Source: an uncultured Verrucomicrobiota bacterium
GTDB lineage: Bacteria > Verrucomicrobiota > Verrucomicrobiia > Limisphaerales > UBA8199
Assembly: GCA_942493075.1 (NCBI GenBank)
Contig: OW818681.1
Coordinates: forward strand, 5,899,296 to 5,963,295
Direction of reading: 5' to 3'
Length of the DNA: 64,000 nt
Positions 1-9,817 of this stretch are shown here, in pieces (positions within the stretch are counted from its first letter, which is position 1; each line of letters starts with the position of its first letter). The translations under genes and the position numbers were made by a program. The notes beneath the pieces were generated by a model. That model was not told the DNA's origin, searched no databases, and was given only the letters and a program-made list of their open reading frames with translations.

Positions 1-877
1 CACGATGAACTTCTTCCGCAAAGGTCCGCAAGTGGTTGTCTATTGCGCCCAGGACCAGGTCTATGCCGAGCGGATCTTTAAACAATTCAAGGAACAAACC
101 GGGATTCGCGTGCTGGCTGTTTACGACAGCGAAGCGGTGAAGACAGTGGGCCTGGCCAACAGGTTGCTGGCCGAGAAGGCGCAACCCCGAGCAGACTTGT
201 TCTGGGGGAACGAGGAGTTGCGCGCGCGGCAATTGGCGCAACGAGGAATTTTCCGTGAGACGAATGGATTGGCGGTTTTCGGCTATCGTTCCCGCCGGTT
301 GGTGGTAAATACCAACACCTTTGATTTTTCGACGGCTCCTAAGAGTTGGCGTGATCTGACAAACTCGGTCTGGCAGGGCAAACTCGCTTTCGGATATCCC
401 CAGTTCGGCACCACCTCAACGCACTTCCACGCGCTGCGACAACATTGGGGCGAGCCCGCTTGGAAGGCCTGGTGCCTCGCTTTGGCCGCTAACAAACCGC
501 GGCTTGTGGATGGAAATTCGGTTGTGGTGAAGATGGTGGCCAGCGGTGAAGCCGTAATTGGCATGACCGATTCGGACGACATAGCCGCTGCGCAACGGGA
601 AGGCGCGCCTGTGGCTGCGTTGCCCATCGCTGAGGATTCGTTGCTGATACCGAATGCAGCCGGGTTGATTGCAGGCGGGCCGAACCCGAACCCGGCGGAG
701 GTTCTGTTCGAGTATTTGCAGAAACCTGAGGTCGCCCGCGAACTGGTATCGATGAATGCCCTCGAAGGTGTGTCCCCTGCTGAGATCCAAACTTCGACAC
801 TGAAGCCGGATTGGGAAACGATGCTGCGCGATCTTGATGCCACTGTGAGAATCTTGAACGAGATTTTTCTCCGATGA
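1..877 (+). CDS. ABC transporter periplasmic substrate-binding protein, Fe(III)/FbpA-AfuA-like. Probably 5'-partial: no signal peptide after the first ATG at 5, and the frame is open to the window edge.
   Basis: ORF 5..877 shows the family-1 solute-binding fold typical of iron(III) SBPs (VVVYCAQDQVYAERIFKQFKEQTGIRV...). It overlaps the next gene by ATGA. Confidence 0.7.
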   Translation, partial: TMNFFRKGPQVVVYCAQDQVYAERIFKQFKEQTGIRVLAVYDSEAVKTVGLANRLLAEKAQPRADLFWGNEELRARQLAQRGIFRETNGLAVFGYRSRRLVVNTNTFDFSTAPKSWRDLTNSVWQGKLAFGYPQFGTTSTHFHALRQHWGEPAWKAWCLALAANKPRLVDGNSVVVKMVASGEAVIGMTDSDDIAAAQREGAPVAALPIAEDSLLIPNAAGLIAGGPNPNPAEVLFEYLQKPEVARELVSMNALEGVSPAEIQTSTLKPDWETMLRDLDATVRILNEIFLR

Positions 878-3291
878 ATTGGGCACTGTTGTTAAACAGC
901 CTGGGCGTCGCTCTCCTGGCCACCGCGGGTGCGGTGATTGCCGGATTCGCGGCAGCCCTCTTCGCGCTTGCATGCGGTCGGCGCATGCGCTTCGCACTCT
1001 GTGCTTGTGGGGTCCTGGTTCTGGTGCTGCCTCCGTTTCTTGTGGCAAACGCGTGGCTGCACTACTTTGGTTTGAACGGGGCATGGCGCGGCGTGCTGCC
1101 ATTCAATGTGCTGACTTTGCCCGGCACAGCGTGGGTGTTGATCCTGCTTCTCTGGCCGATCACTTTCCTGCTTGTTCTTGCCGGGTGGCGACAATTGCAC
1201 CCAGTCCACTTCGAGAGCGACCCTGCGGTGCGCGGTCGATACCTGCTCCAGGCATTGTTAATCCCGTTCGCGGGTCCTGCCCTGGGTTGGGCGACCGTTA
1301 TCACCCTTGTGCTGGCCCTGAATCAGTTCACGGTGCCGGCTCTGTTACAGACCAAGGTGCTACCCGCTGAGATGTGGGTGCGCTATAACACGGAACTGGA
1401 TGCTTTGGGCGCGCTACGCATGAGCCTGCCCTTAATCCTTGGTCCCCTTGTCTTGCTTTTCTGGGTGCGACAGAAACCCGTGCCCTGGAAACAAACCCGG
1501 GAAGAGTTAACTCCGGCAACCGTGCGCCGCCAGTTAGGTGCAGTTTGGATCGGATTGGCATTCGTGATCACGGTGCCAATGATTGCGCTCTCGCTCGGAC
1601 TGCCCCTGTTCCAGATTCTATCCGCGCCGCGCACATGGATAGAGCTGCCGATGACTCTGGCGGCGGCCAAGGTATCGCTCGCGCACTCATTCCTGTATGC
1701 ATTGGTCGCCGCTACATCGTGCACGTGTCTCAGCTTGCTCGTTTGGCATCGGATGGTGCGCGGGTTCGCGTGGCTTCTGTTTCTCATCCCTGGAATGCTG
1801 CTGGGGCTTGGGCTGATCCGTTTGCTCAACACCTCATGGACAGGGTTGCTTTTTCAAACACCGCTGCTTGTATTGATCGGGCTGACGTTACGTTACATCG
1901 CGCTTCCAGCCAGCGTGCTGGCCGCTCAGGCGCGGCGCATTGATCCGAGAATCCTTGATGATGCACGGCTCCTTGGATTAAGCCTGCCGCAGCGCATCCG
2001 GCACGTCTATGCGCCGTCGTTGGCAGGTCCTGCCCTCGTGGTTTGGTACTGCGTGTTTCTCCTGTGCTTGTGGGACGTGGAAACCGCTTTGCTCCTGATT
2101 CCGCCCGGAGGCGAAACAGCGGCCTTGCGTGTGTTCAACCTGCTCCATGCCGGTTATAGCGCCCAGGTGAATGCCCTGTGCCTGGCGTTGCTGGCACTGG
2201 GGCTCTTGCCGCTGCTTTTCGTTCTAGTCGCCACGGTGATCTCCGGTGGTAAGCGTCGCATGAGCCTGCTCCGCTGGCTGCCGTTGATCCTGGCCACCGG
2301 GATGGCGGGATTGATCAGCGGTTGCTCGAAACCCCTTTCCTCTCAGTCAGCGCCGTTGGAGAGCCGTTTCTTCACGGAGGCTTCGGTGATCGCCTCGCGC
2401 GGTGCCGGTCCAGGAGAAGTCAACAAACCGCGCTCGGTCACGGTGGGCACGGATGGGGGGCTGTACGTGGTGGATATGACCGGGCGTGTGCAAAAGTTTT
2501 CTAACACCGGATCGTTCCTGAAATCGTGGCAGATGGAAAAGACGGACTTGGGCCGACCGAAAGGCTTGGGTGTGGACCGTGAAGGCAACATCATGGTGAA
2601 CGAGCCCCATTATTCGAAGGTCAACCATTTCACCACGGACGGCGCGCTGACGGTCCGATGGGGCGTGCACGGGACCAATGATGGGCAACTGGCGTTTCCG
2701 CGGGCGGTGGCGGTGAACTCGCGCAACGAAATCTACCTGAGCGAGTATGGCCTGGTAGAGCGAGTTCAGCGGTTCAGTTCTCGCGGGGAGAAATGGTTGG
2801 GGACCTTTGGTACCGCCGGATCAGCTCCGGGTCAGTTCAACCGTCCCGAAGGTCTGTGCATTGACCGGCAGGACCGTGTGTATGTGGCTGACTCGTGTAA
2901 TCATCGAATCCAGGTGTTCGACATGGACGGCAGGTTTCTGCATGCCTATGGCTCGGCAGGCACCGGGTTGGGGCAACTCAGTTATCCCTACGATATTTGT
3001 GTTGATGCGCAGGGGTTCCAGTTCGTCTGCGAGTTCGGCAACAGCCGCATTCAGGTGTTCGATCCGGAAGGCAAGCCGCTCGAAATCATAGGCGGACCGG
3101 GCCTGGCTCCTGGCCGATTTAACAATCCCTGGGGAGTAGCGCTCGATGGCTCAGGCAATCTGTATGTGGCGGATGCGTTGAACCATCGGGTGCAGAAACT
3201 GATCCGGCGTATCGGTGTGAGCCAGGCCCCTTCACAGCCAGGGCTTGCAGTTGAGCAGATCGCCTCACGCCGTGTGGGAGCCCATTCATGA
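874..3291 (+). CDS. Two-domain FbpB-like ABC permease (~460 aa, about 12 TM) fused in frame to a lipobox-bearing NHL-repeat beta-propeller (~340 aa).
   Basis: The N-terminal half is hydrophobic and permease-like. An internal Met at 2260 starts MSLLRWLPLILATGMAGLISGCS, a classic lipoprotein signal with lipobox ISGC. This is followed by NHL repeats (YVVDMTGRVQKF, VYVADSCNHRIQVFD, LYVADALNHRVQKL). No stop codon separates the two parts. Confidence 0.7.
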   Translation: MNWALLLNSLGVALLATAGAVIAGFAAALFALACGRRMRFALCACGVLVLVLPPFLVANAWLHYFGLNGAWRGVLPFNVLTLPGTAWVLILLLWPITFLLVLAGWRQLHPVHFESDPAVRGRYLLQALLIPFAGPALGWATVITLVLALNQFTVPALLQTKVLPAEMWVRYNTELDALGALRMSLPLILGPLVLLFWVRQKPVPWKQTREELTPATVRRQLGAVWIGLAFVITVPMIALSLGLPLFQILSAPRTWIELPMTLAAAKVSLAHSFLYALVAATSCTCLSLLVWHRMVRGFAWLLFLIPGMLLGLGLIRLLNTSWTGLLFQTPLLVLIGLTLRYIALPASVLAAQARRIDPRILDDARLLGLSLPQRIRHVYAPSLAGPALVVWYCVFLLCLWDVETALLLIPPGGETAALRVFNLLHAGYSAQVNALCLALLALGLLPLLFVLVATVISGGKRRMSLLRWLPLILATGMAGLISGCSKPLSSQSAPLESRFFTEASVIASRGAGPGEVNKPRSVTVGTDGGLYVVDMTGRVQKFSNTGSFLKSWQMEKTDLGRPKGLGVDREGNIMVNEPHYSKVNHFTTDGALTVRWGVHGTNDGQLAFPRAVAVNSRNEIYLSEYGLVERVQRFSSRGEKWLGTFGTAGSAPGQFNRPEGLCIDRQDRVYVADSCNHRIQVFDMDGRFLHAYGSAGTGLGQLSYPYDICVDAQGFQFVCEFGNSRIQVFDPEGKPLEIIGGPGLAPGRFNNPWGVALDGSGNLYVADALNHRVQKLIRRIGVSQAPSQPGLAVEQIASRRVGAHS

Positions 3292-6161
3292 GGTTTCAAT
3301 TCACCCATGCGCTCTATTTGCTGCTGCTGCTTCCCGCAGCCGCCTGGGTGATTTGGCTATGGGCCTGGACGGATGCCCAGCTCACACCTGTTCGACGATG
3401 GCTTTCTCTGGGTCTGCGCTGCATGGTTCTGCTTGCCTTGATCCTGGCGATCGCTGGCGCCCAGGCATTGCTCCCGGTCGATGGCATGAATGTTTTCTAC
3501 CTGCTGGATCGGTCCGATAGTGTTCCTGGCTCCGGCCAGGAAGCGGCTCGTGAATACGTGAATCGCAGTGCCCACACGAAGCGATCAACCGATCGCGCCG
3601 GAGCGGTTGTGTTCGGAAGCGAAGCCAGCATTGAGTTCCTGCCAAACACCATCGTGGATTTACCAAAGGTGCAGGCCGTCGTGGGCAGTGAGCGCACGGA
3701 TTTGGCTGAAGCCATTCGACTTGGCACCGCGGCACTGCCGGAAGCTGGGCAGAAACGGTTGGTGGTGCTTTCGGATGGAAATCAAAACTCGGGAGACGCT
3801 TTGGAAGCGGTGGCGGCGGCGCAGCGACTGGGTGCGACCGTGGATGTTGTTCCATTAGGCTCGGCTCGCCGTGGAGACGTCTCACTGCAACGCCTTGAAA
3901 TGCCGGCTCGATTGAAACGCGGCCAGCCTTTTGAATTGAAGATCGTGACTCAGGCTGAGGAAGCGCGCGAGGCCACCCTTCGGTTGTGGCGCAATGACCA
4001 GCTTCTCGGGGAACAGAAGATGCAGCTTAACCCTGGCAAAAACTTGCACTCACTTTCACAGCGTCTGGAAGAGCCCGGGTTCTACAATTACGAGGTTTTG
4101 CTGGAGATCCCGGGCGATCCGATCCCGCAGAACAATCGCGCTGCGGGTTTCGCTGTTGTAGCAGGAGAACCCAAGCTTCTAATCGTCTCGGATGACCCGG
4201 CGGCTGATAGGTCGCTGGCTTCCGCGCTCCAGAACGCCCAACTCCAGAGCAGCATGGTGGGGCTGAACGGATTCCCCACGAGCCTTGCAGAACTGCAGAC
4301 CTACGACACGGTTTTCATCAGCAACCTTTCGGCCGGTGATCTGGGAATGACCCGCCAGAGGTTGCTTGAGAGTGCGGTGCGCGATTTTGGGGTGGGGTTG
4401 GTGTGCGTGGGAGGCCCACAAACCTACGCGGCAGGGGGGTATCGCGGCACGCCATTAGAATCGGCCCTGCCGTTGAGCATGGAGTTGGATAGCAAGAAAG
4501 TGCTCCCGCCCGGTGCCGTGGTGTTGATCATGCACGGCATGGAGTTCATGAACGGCAACCAGGTGGCTCGCGATTGCGCGCAAGGCGTGCTGTCGGCGCT
4601 GGGCCCCGGAGATGAGATGGGCGTGCTGCTTTGGGATGGCAACGAGCGATGGCTCTTTCCTCTGGCCAAGGTCGGTGACCGCAAAGAGATGGCGCGACAG
4701 ATTGCGGGAATGAACCAGGGCGATCTGGCCAGTTTTCAAGGCGTCCTGCAAATGGCCCACGAAGCGTTGGCCAAATCCCGGGCCAGCCTCAAGCATATCA
4801 TTATCTTTAGCGATGGCGATCCGCAGGCCCCTAAACCCGAGCTGATGCAGGCGATTGTTAAGGACCGCATTACGGTAAGCAGTATCTTGATTGCCGGGCA
4901 TGTTGGACCCGAGACCATGATTCTCATGGCTGACGCCGGGCGCGGCCGCTTTTACAACATCACCTCCCCTGACGAGTTGCCTCAGGTGTTCATCAAAGAA
5001 ACCGCTGTTATTCTGAAGAGCGCCATTTACGAAGAACCATTTGTGCCTCAGGTGCGCTCGATGACCGAACCCGTGCGCGGCATTCAACCAGCCGAGTATC
5101 CTCAACTGCTCGGTTACGTGGCCACCACTCCGAAGCCGCGAGCCGAAACACCGCTCTGGACCCCGGCGAGCGATCCCTTGCTGGCGCATTGGCAATATGG
5201 TTTGGGCCGAGCGGTCGCTTTCACGTCAGACGCCCAGGCGCGCTGGGGCAAACACTGGACCAGTTGGGGCAAGTACCGACAATTCTGGACTCAACTTGCG
5301 CAATGGAGTCTGCGCCGGGCGGAGAGCGCCGACTTCGATGCGCGCATGAGCATTGAGAATGGTGAAGGATTGGTGAGCCTCGATGCGGTTGATGCCCAGG
5401 GCAATTACCGGAATTTTCTAAACCTGCAAGCTTCGCTAGTTGATCCCAAAGGGGATCGCCAAACGTTGCGCCTGGAGCAGAACGGCCCGGGCCATTACGA
5501 GGCGCGGTTCAAAACCCGGGTTAGCGGTGTCTATATGGCAAACGTTTTGGAACTGGCTGAGGGTGGCGTGCGAGCCGCGCAAGTGCTCGGCGCTACCGTG
5601 AGCTATTCGCCTGAGTTCAACACCGCCAGCCCTGATCTCGCGCTGCTGGGCCGCATCGCAGAGCGCGGAGGCGGAAAGCTCCTCGACTTGAACAATCCGA
5701 TCGCTGGTCCATTTTCTCATGACAGGATCAGAACCTTTCAGCCGCGCGATTTGTGGGAATGGTTGCTCCAGTTTGCTGTGCTCCTCTTCGTAGTTGATAT
5801 CGCGATGCGCCGCGTGATGATTGATCGCGAGGAATGGGCCGTCGGCTGGCGCCGTGTGCGCGCATGGATTCCGTTCTTGAAGCCCGCGAAGCAGGTCACT
5901 TCAAGCGACCCTTCGTTGTCGAGCCTGCTTGCGCGGCGGCATCAAGTGCGATCGCAGCAGCCCGTAGCTCCGCCGTCCAGTGCGCCGGAACATCTCTTTC
6001 AACCCCGGGAAGAACCCTCCGCGCCCGCGCCGGACCCAGCCTCTGCGTCATCAGTGCCGCCTGCACAACAGGCTCAGGCACCAAGTGCAACTGCCGCTCA
6101 GGGCAGCACCGCCAGCCGGTTGTTGGAAGCCAAGCGCCGCGCCCAAAAGAAGCAGGAATAG
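3288..6161 (+). CDS. BatA-like membrane-anchored VWA-domain protein. Architecture is VWA, a ThuA/class-I glutamine-amidotransferase-like domain, a second VWA-like region, a C-terminal TM segment and a Pro/Ala-rich tail.
   Basis: BatA-type N-terminus (MRFQFTHALYLLLLLPAAAW), a MIDAS motif DRSDS, and a second cluster IIIFSDGDP. The start overlaps the upstream stop by ATGA. Confidence 0.7.
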   Translation: MRFQFTHALYLLLLLPAAAWVIWLWAWTDAQLTPVRRWLSLGLRCMVLLALILAIAGAQALLPVDGMNVFYLLDRSDSVPGSGQEAAREYVNRSAHTKRSTDRAGAVVFGSEASIEFLPNTIVDLPKVQAVVGSERTDLAEAIRLGTAALPEAGQKRLVVLSDGNQNSGDALEAVAAAQRLGATVDVVPLGSARRGDVSLQRLEMPARLKRGQPFELKIVTQAEEAREATLRLWRNDQLLGEQKMQLNPGKNLHSLSQRLEEPGFYNYEVLLEIPGDPIPQNNRAAGFAVVAGEPKLLIVSDDPAADRSLASALQNAQLQSSMVGLNGFPTSLAELQTYDTVFISNLSAGDLGMTRQRLLESAVRDFGVGLVCVGGPQTYAAGGYRGTPLESALPLSMELDSKKVLPPGAVVLIMHGMEFMNGNQVARDCAQGVLSALGPGDEMGVLLWDGNERWLFPLAKVGDRKEMARQIAGMNQGDLASFQGVLQMAHEALAKSRASLKHIIIFSDGDPQAPKPELMQAIVKDRITVSSILIAGHVGPETMILMADAGRGRFYNITSPDELPQVFIKETAVILKSAIYEEPFVPQVRSMTEPVRGIQPAEYPQLLGYVATTPKPRAETPLWTPASDPLLAHWQYGLGRAVAFTSDAQARWGKHWTSWGKYRQFWTQLAQWSLRRAESADFDARMSIENGEGLVSLDAVDAQGNYRNFLNLQASLVDPKGDRQTLRLEQNGPGHYEARFKTRVSGVYMANVLELAEGGVRAAQVLGATVSYSPEFNTASPDLALLGRIAERGGGKLLDLNNPIAGPFSHDRIRTFQPRDLWEWLLQFAVLLFVVDIAMRRVMIDREEWAVGWRRVRAWIPFLKPAKQVTSSDPSLSSLLARRHQVRSQQPVAPPSSAPEHLFQPREEPSAPAPDPASASSVPPAQQAQAPSATAAQGSTASRLLEAKRRAQKKQE

Positions 6162-6197
6162 CTTAATCGGCCCTTGGTTGCCCAAATGCCATGCCTT

Positions 6198-6968
6198 CTA
6201 CATGCCCATGATCTGGTACCCGCAATCGGCGTAGATCACCTGACCCGTAATTGCTCCAGCGCCGTCGCTGGCCAGGAACAGGCCCGTTGCGCCAAGTTCC
6301 TCCGGCAGCAGGTTGCGCTTCAGCGGAGCGTGCTCTTCATAGTGTCTGATCATCTCCAGGAAACCGGAGATGCCACGAGCGGCCAGGGTGTTGACCGGGC
6401 CGGCACTGATGCAATTAACCCGGATCTTTTGCGGACCGAGGTCATACGCCAGGTAACGGGTGCAGGCTTCCAGGGAAGCTTTGGCCACACCCATGACATT
6501 ATAATGGGGGACTACCTTTTCGGCGCCGTAATAGCTCATTGCCACGATGCTGCCGCCATCTTTCATGAGCGGTGCGGCTTCGCGGGCAAGGCCCAGAAGC
6601 GAGTAAGCGCTGACATCATGGGCAATCCGGTAAGCCTCGCGGCTGGTGTTGATGAATCGGCCTTCCAGGGCCTCGCGCGGGGCAAACGCTACAGAATGCA
6701 GGAGCAGGTCGAGTTTGCCGAACTTCTCGCCAACTGCGGCGAAAACCCGGGTGATATCTTCGTCGCGGGTGACATCGCAGGGCAAAATCAGCGTGTCCTG
6801 GCCGAAAGAACCGGCGAGTTCTTCGACATTATCGCGGATGCGATCACCTTGATAGGTGAAAGCCAGCTTGGCGCCTGCCTTGTGCCAGGCCTGGGCGATG
6901 GTCCACGCGATAGACCTCTTGTTCGCCACGCCAAAAACCACACCGTATTTACCAGCCAATAAAGACAT
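6198..6968 (-). CDS. fabI: Enoyl-[acyl-carrier-protein] reductase (NADH), FabI
   Basis: Full-length SDR-family FabI signature (GKYGVVFGVANKRSIAW...YYGAEKVVPHYNVMGVAKASLE...). Confidence 0.9.
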   Translation of the reverse strand: MSLLAGKYGVVFGVANKRSIAWTIAQAWHKAGAKLAFTYQGDRIRDNVEELAGSFGQDTLILPCDVTRDEDITRVFAAVGEKFGKLDLLLHSVAFAPREALEGRFINTSREAYRIAHDVSAYSLLGLAREAAPLMKDGGSIVAMSYYGAEKVVPHYNVMGVAKASLEACTRYLAYDLGPQKIRVNCISAGPVNTLAARGISGFLEMIRHYEEHAPLKRNLLPEELGATGLFLASDGAGAITGQVIYADCGYQIMGM

Positions 6969-7157
6969 GCTTATACCTATTGATTGATTTGCCGTCAGAA
7001 GCCCGCCCAGCCGGACTAAAATCGAACGGTTACCTTAAGAAAAGATTAAGCCGCTGGCAAGGCTCGATTGCTGGGCGGAAAATGCCGGAAATGGTGCTAA
7101 CAGATAATTTGCTTGATCCTAAGGTGGGGCTCCATTATCAGTTTCGCGCCTTTTATG

Positions 7158-8000
7158 AACCGGATCAACTTTCTTACACCAGCTTTGCTTATCACCTCCG
7201 CGTTGGCCGCCCAGGCGGCCGTCAGTTTCACCGGGGGCGCTTATACACAAAACTTTGACACGTTGCCGAACGCACCTGTCAACACCAGCTTGCAGACAAC
7301 CGCCCCCTGGGCCGATGACGTAGCGGCACCCTCGGGCCAGACCAGCATTGCAGGATGGTATTTGTGGCATCCGGCGACGGCGACCGAAGGTGGCGCGAAC
7401 GGGAATCAAAAGTTTCGAATTCACGATGGCAGCGGGAACACTGGTGCATTCTACAGTTTCGGCACTGCAGCCTCCTCTGAACGCGCGCTGGGCTACCTGG
7501 CGGCCAATGCAATCGGTGTCGCGGGAGCCGAATCGTACATCGGTCTGCGTTTGCACAATGATACAGGAGCCAGCATCTCCGGCTTTTCCCTGAGCTATAG
7601 CGGCGAGCAATGGCGCGATGGTGGGGCCGCAACTCCTAACGCGCAAAGCCTTACCTTCGGCTATAGCACTTCGGCAACCTCAGTCCAGGACGCTTCATTC
7701 ACAAGCGTTGCTGCCCTGAACTTCACTTCACCCGTGCTCGTGAATACCGCCAGCGGAGTGGCCGTGGATGGGAATAACGCCGGCAAGGTGGTGATCAGTT
7801 CAGTCACGGTGAATGGATTGACCTGGGCAGCGGGCACAGACCTGTGGCTGCGTTGGGCGGACAAGAATGATTCCGGAAACGATCACGGGCTGGCTATCGA
7901 TGACCTGACTTTCACTGCCGTAGTCCCGGAACCCGGATCGGCCGCGCTGATCGGGCTGGGCGTACTGGCGTTCGGCCTGCTCCGCCGCAAGAACAGCTAA
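7158..8000 (+). CDS. Secreted PEP-CTERM sorting-domain protein. The ORF is open from 7113, but the signal peptide starts at MNRINF.
   Basis: N-terminal signal peptide, then a C-terminal VPEPGSAALIGLGVLAFGLLRRKNS, which matches PEP-CTERM (PEP motif, TM segment, basic tail). Confidence 0.7.
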   Translation, partial: NRINFLTPALLITSALAAQAAVSFTGGAYTQNFDTLPNAPVNTSLQTTAPWADDVAAPSGQTSIAGWYLWHPATATEGGANGNQKFRIHDGSGNTGAFYSFGTAASSERALGYLAANAIGVAGAESYIGLRLHNDTGASISGFSLSYSGEQWRDGGAATPNAQSLTFGYSTSATSVQDASFTSVAALNFTSPVLVNTASGVAVDGNNAGKVVISSVTVNGLTWAAGTDLWLRWADKNDSGNDHGLAIDDLTFTAVVPEPGSAALIGLGVLAFGLLRRKNS

Positions 8001-8054
8001 TGGGCTGAATCCGCCGGCTGGAACATCCAGCAGGCGAAATCTGAGAATTCAAGA

Positions 8055-8088
8055 GGGACCAGTGCAAAACGCCTGGTCCCTTTTTCGT
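8055..8088. terminator. Candidate bidirectional intrinsic terminator between the convergent PEP-CTERM gene and the UbiA-family gene.
   Basis: GGGACCAG-tgcaaaacgc-CTGGTCCC followed by TTTTT (8081-8085). Confidence 0.5.
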
Positions 8089-8170
8089 TAAACGCAAGCA
8101 TGGTGAACAATCGACGTGGCGCGAGGCAGCACCATTTGCCTCAGCGTTATCAACGAGCTCCAGCCGGTTT

Positions 8171-9067
8171 TTACCGCAGTTTGAACCCACCTTTAAAGAT
8201 CACTTCGGCAAGTGTGACCACCAGGAAAATGGCGCTGATCACGGCATTCAACCGGAAGAACGCCACATTGATCCAATTGAGGCTGCGACGTCTCGCAACC
8301 CAATGTTCCATCACCAGGCAGCCGACGATCAGTATCCATCCGATTATGTAAGCGATTCGAAAACGGCACAACAAGCCGAAGGCCAGAAGCAGCCCGCATA
8401 ATAAAACATGAGCCAGGAAGGCCGCCTGCAAAGCGTTGTTGGGGCCCCACGCCACCACCAGCGAATGCAGACCGTGCCGGCGGTCGAATTCATAATCCTG
8501 CAAGGCGTAGATGATGTCGAAACCCACCAGCCAAAGCACCACCGACAGCGAGAGCACGATCATTTGAAAGATCTCCGCCGTGGTGACATGTGTCCCCTTC
8601 ACGGCGAGCCACGCACCGATCGGTGCCAGCGCCAGTGCGATGCCGAGGTAAACGTGGGTGTAATCTGAAAACCGTTTCGTCAGCGAATAAAAGCACACCA
8701 CAAACAGCGCTACAGGTGACAGATAAAAGCAGATCGGATTCAGAAAGTAACTTGCAGTTATCAGGCCAGCGGCCGAAAGCGCCCATAAGGTCCAGGCAGC
8801 CAGCAGGCTGATTTTCCCGGCGGGCAAATGGCGGCCTGCGGTGCGCGGATTCAGCGCATCGAACTTCCGATCCATAATGCGATTGAATGCCATGGCACAG
8901 GTTCGGGCACTGACCATTGCAGCCAGGATCAGCAGGAACGTTCTCCAACCAGGCCACCCCCGATTGTCGCGCGCGGCCACAGTCATGGCGGCCAGCGCAA
9001 ACGGCAAGGCAAAGATCGTATGTGAGAACCTGACAAACTCACCCCACTTCTTGATAGCGGAAAACAT
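8171..9067 (-). CDS. UbiA-family aromatic polyprenyltransferase (4-hydroxybenzoate / 1,4-dihydroxy-6-naphthoate prenyltransferase, MqnP-like).
   Basis: Polytopic membrane protein with UbiA-type Asp-rich motifs (NRIMDRKFD, DYEFD). It sits next to ubiX. Confidence 0.8.
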   Translation of the reverse strand: MFSAIKKWGEFVRFSHTIFALPFALAAMTVAARDNRGWPGWRTFLLILAAMVSARTCAMAFNRIMDRKFDALNPRTAGRHLPAGKISLLAAWTLWALSAAGLITASYFLNPICFYLSPVALFVVCFYSLTKRFSDYTHVYLGIALALAPIGAWLAVKGTHVTTAEIFQMIVLSLSVVLWLVGFDIIYALQDYEFDRRHGLHSLVVAWGPNNALQAAFLAHVLLCGLLLAFGLLCRFRIAYIIGWILIVGCLVMEHWVARRRSLNWINVAFFRLNAVISAIFLVVTLAEVIFKGGFKLR

Positions 9068-9094
9068 CGAATAAACTTTGTGTTGAGCCGGAGG

Positions 9095-9655
9095 CTAGCC
9101 TTCCGGTTCCTCCTGCCAGCGAACCGAGAGCTTATGATCCACGCCCAGGTGATCCAGCACCCGTGCCACCACGGTATCAGCCACGGCCTCCACAGTGGAT
9201 GGGCGCGTGTAAAATGACGGGTTGGCAGGCAGAATGGTCGCCCCGGCCAGGAACAGCAGCTCGAGATTCTTTATGTGGATCAAGTTGAGCGGAGTCTCCC
9301 GTGGCACAAGGATCAGTTTACGCCTCTCCTTGAGCACGACATCCGCAGCCCGCAGCAGAACATCCGCACTATAGCCGTGAGCAATCCGGCCAAGAGTTCC
9401 CATGCTGCATGGAATCACAACCATTGCCTCAGGTGCGTTGGAGCCGCTCGCAAAGGGAGCGTTCATACTGCGAAGACTATGCATCTGCACGCCCGCAGGC
9501 ACCCGGAGGCCCCCAGGCAGTTCCTCGGAGATCACAGCCTGGGCATAGGCGCTCAGCACCACATGGATCTCATGCTGTGCCGGGTCCAGGTTGTCCAGCA
9601 AACGCTGGGCATAGAGGGAGCCGCTTGCCCCCGTGATGGCAACGAGAATCTTCAA
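9095..9655 (-). CDS. ubiX: Flavin prenyltransferase UbiX (MqnL-like in the futalosine context).
   Basis: MKILVAITGASG...VVIPCSMGTLGRIAHG, a flavoprotein/UbiX signature. Confidence 0.85.
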   Translation of the reverse strand: MKILVAITGASGSLYAQRLLDNLDPAQHEIHVVLSAYAQAVISEELPGGLRVPAGVQMHSLRSMNAPFASGSNAPEAMVVIPCSMGTLGRIAHGYSADVLLRAADVVLKERRKLILVPRETPLNLIHIKNLELLFLAGATILPANPSFYTRPSTVEAVADTVVARVLDHLGVDHKLSVRWQEEPEG

Positions 9656-9817
9656 TTCAGTCGCCCAAGATGCCCTTTGGAGCGGAAAAAACCCAATTAA
9701 AAATAAACTCGGGGGACAAGTCCAAGTCCTGATTTCAATTTGTCACTTTCGAAGAGGCCATTCATCTTCCTCGCAACTGCTGCCTTGTGATCGCAGGAAT
9801 GCCGACCGAACAGTGAT

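Noticed and set aside
6174-6962. 262-aa ORF antisense to fabI
   Set aside because: It lies fully within the strongly supported fabI CDS on the opposite strand, so it is a typical high-GC shadow ORF.
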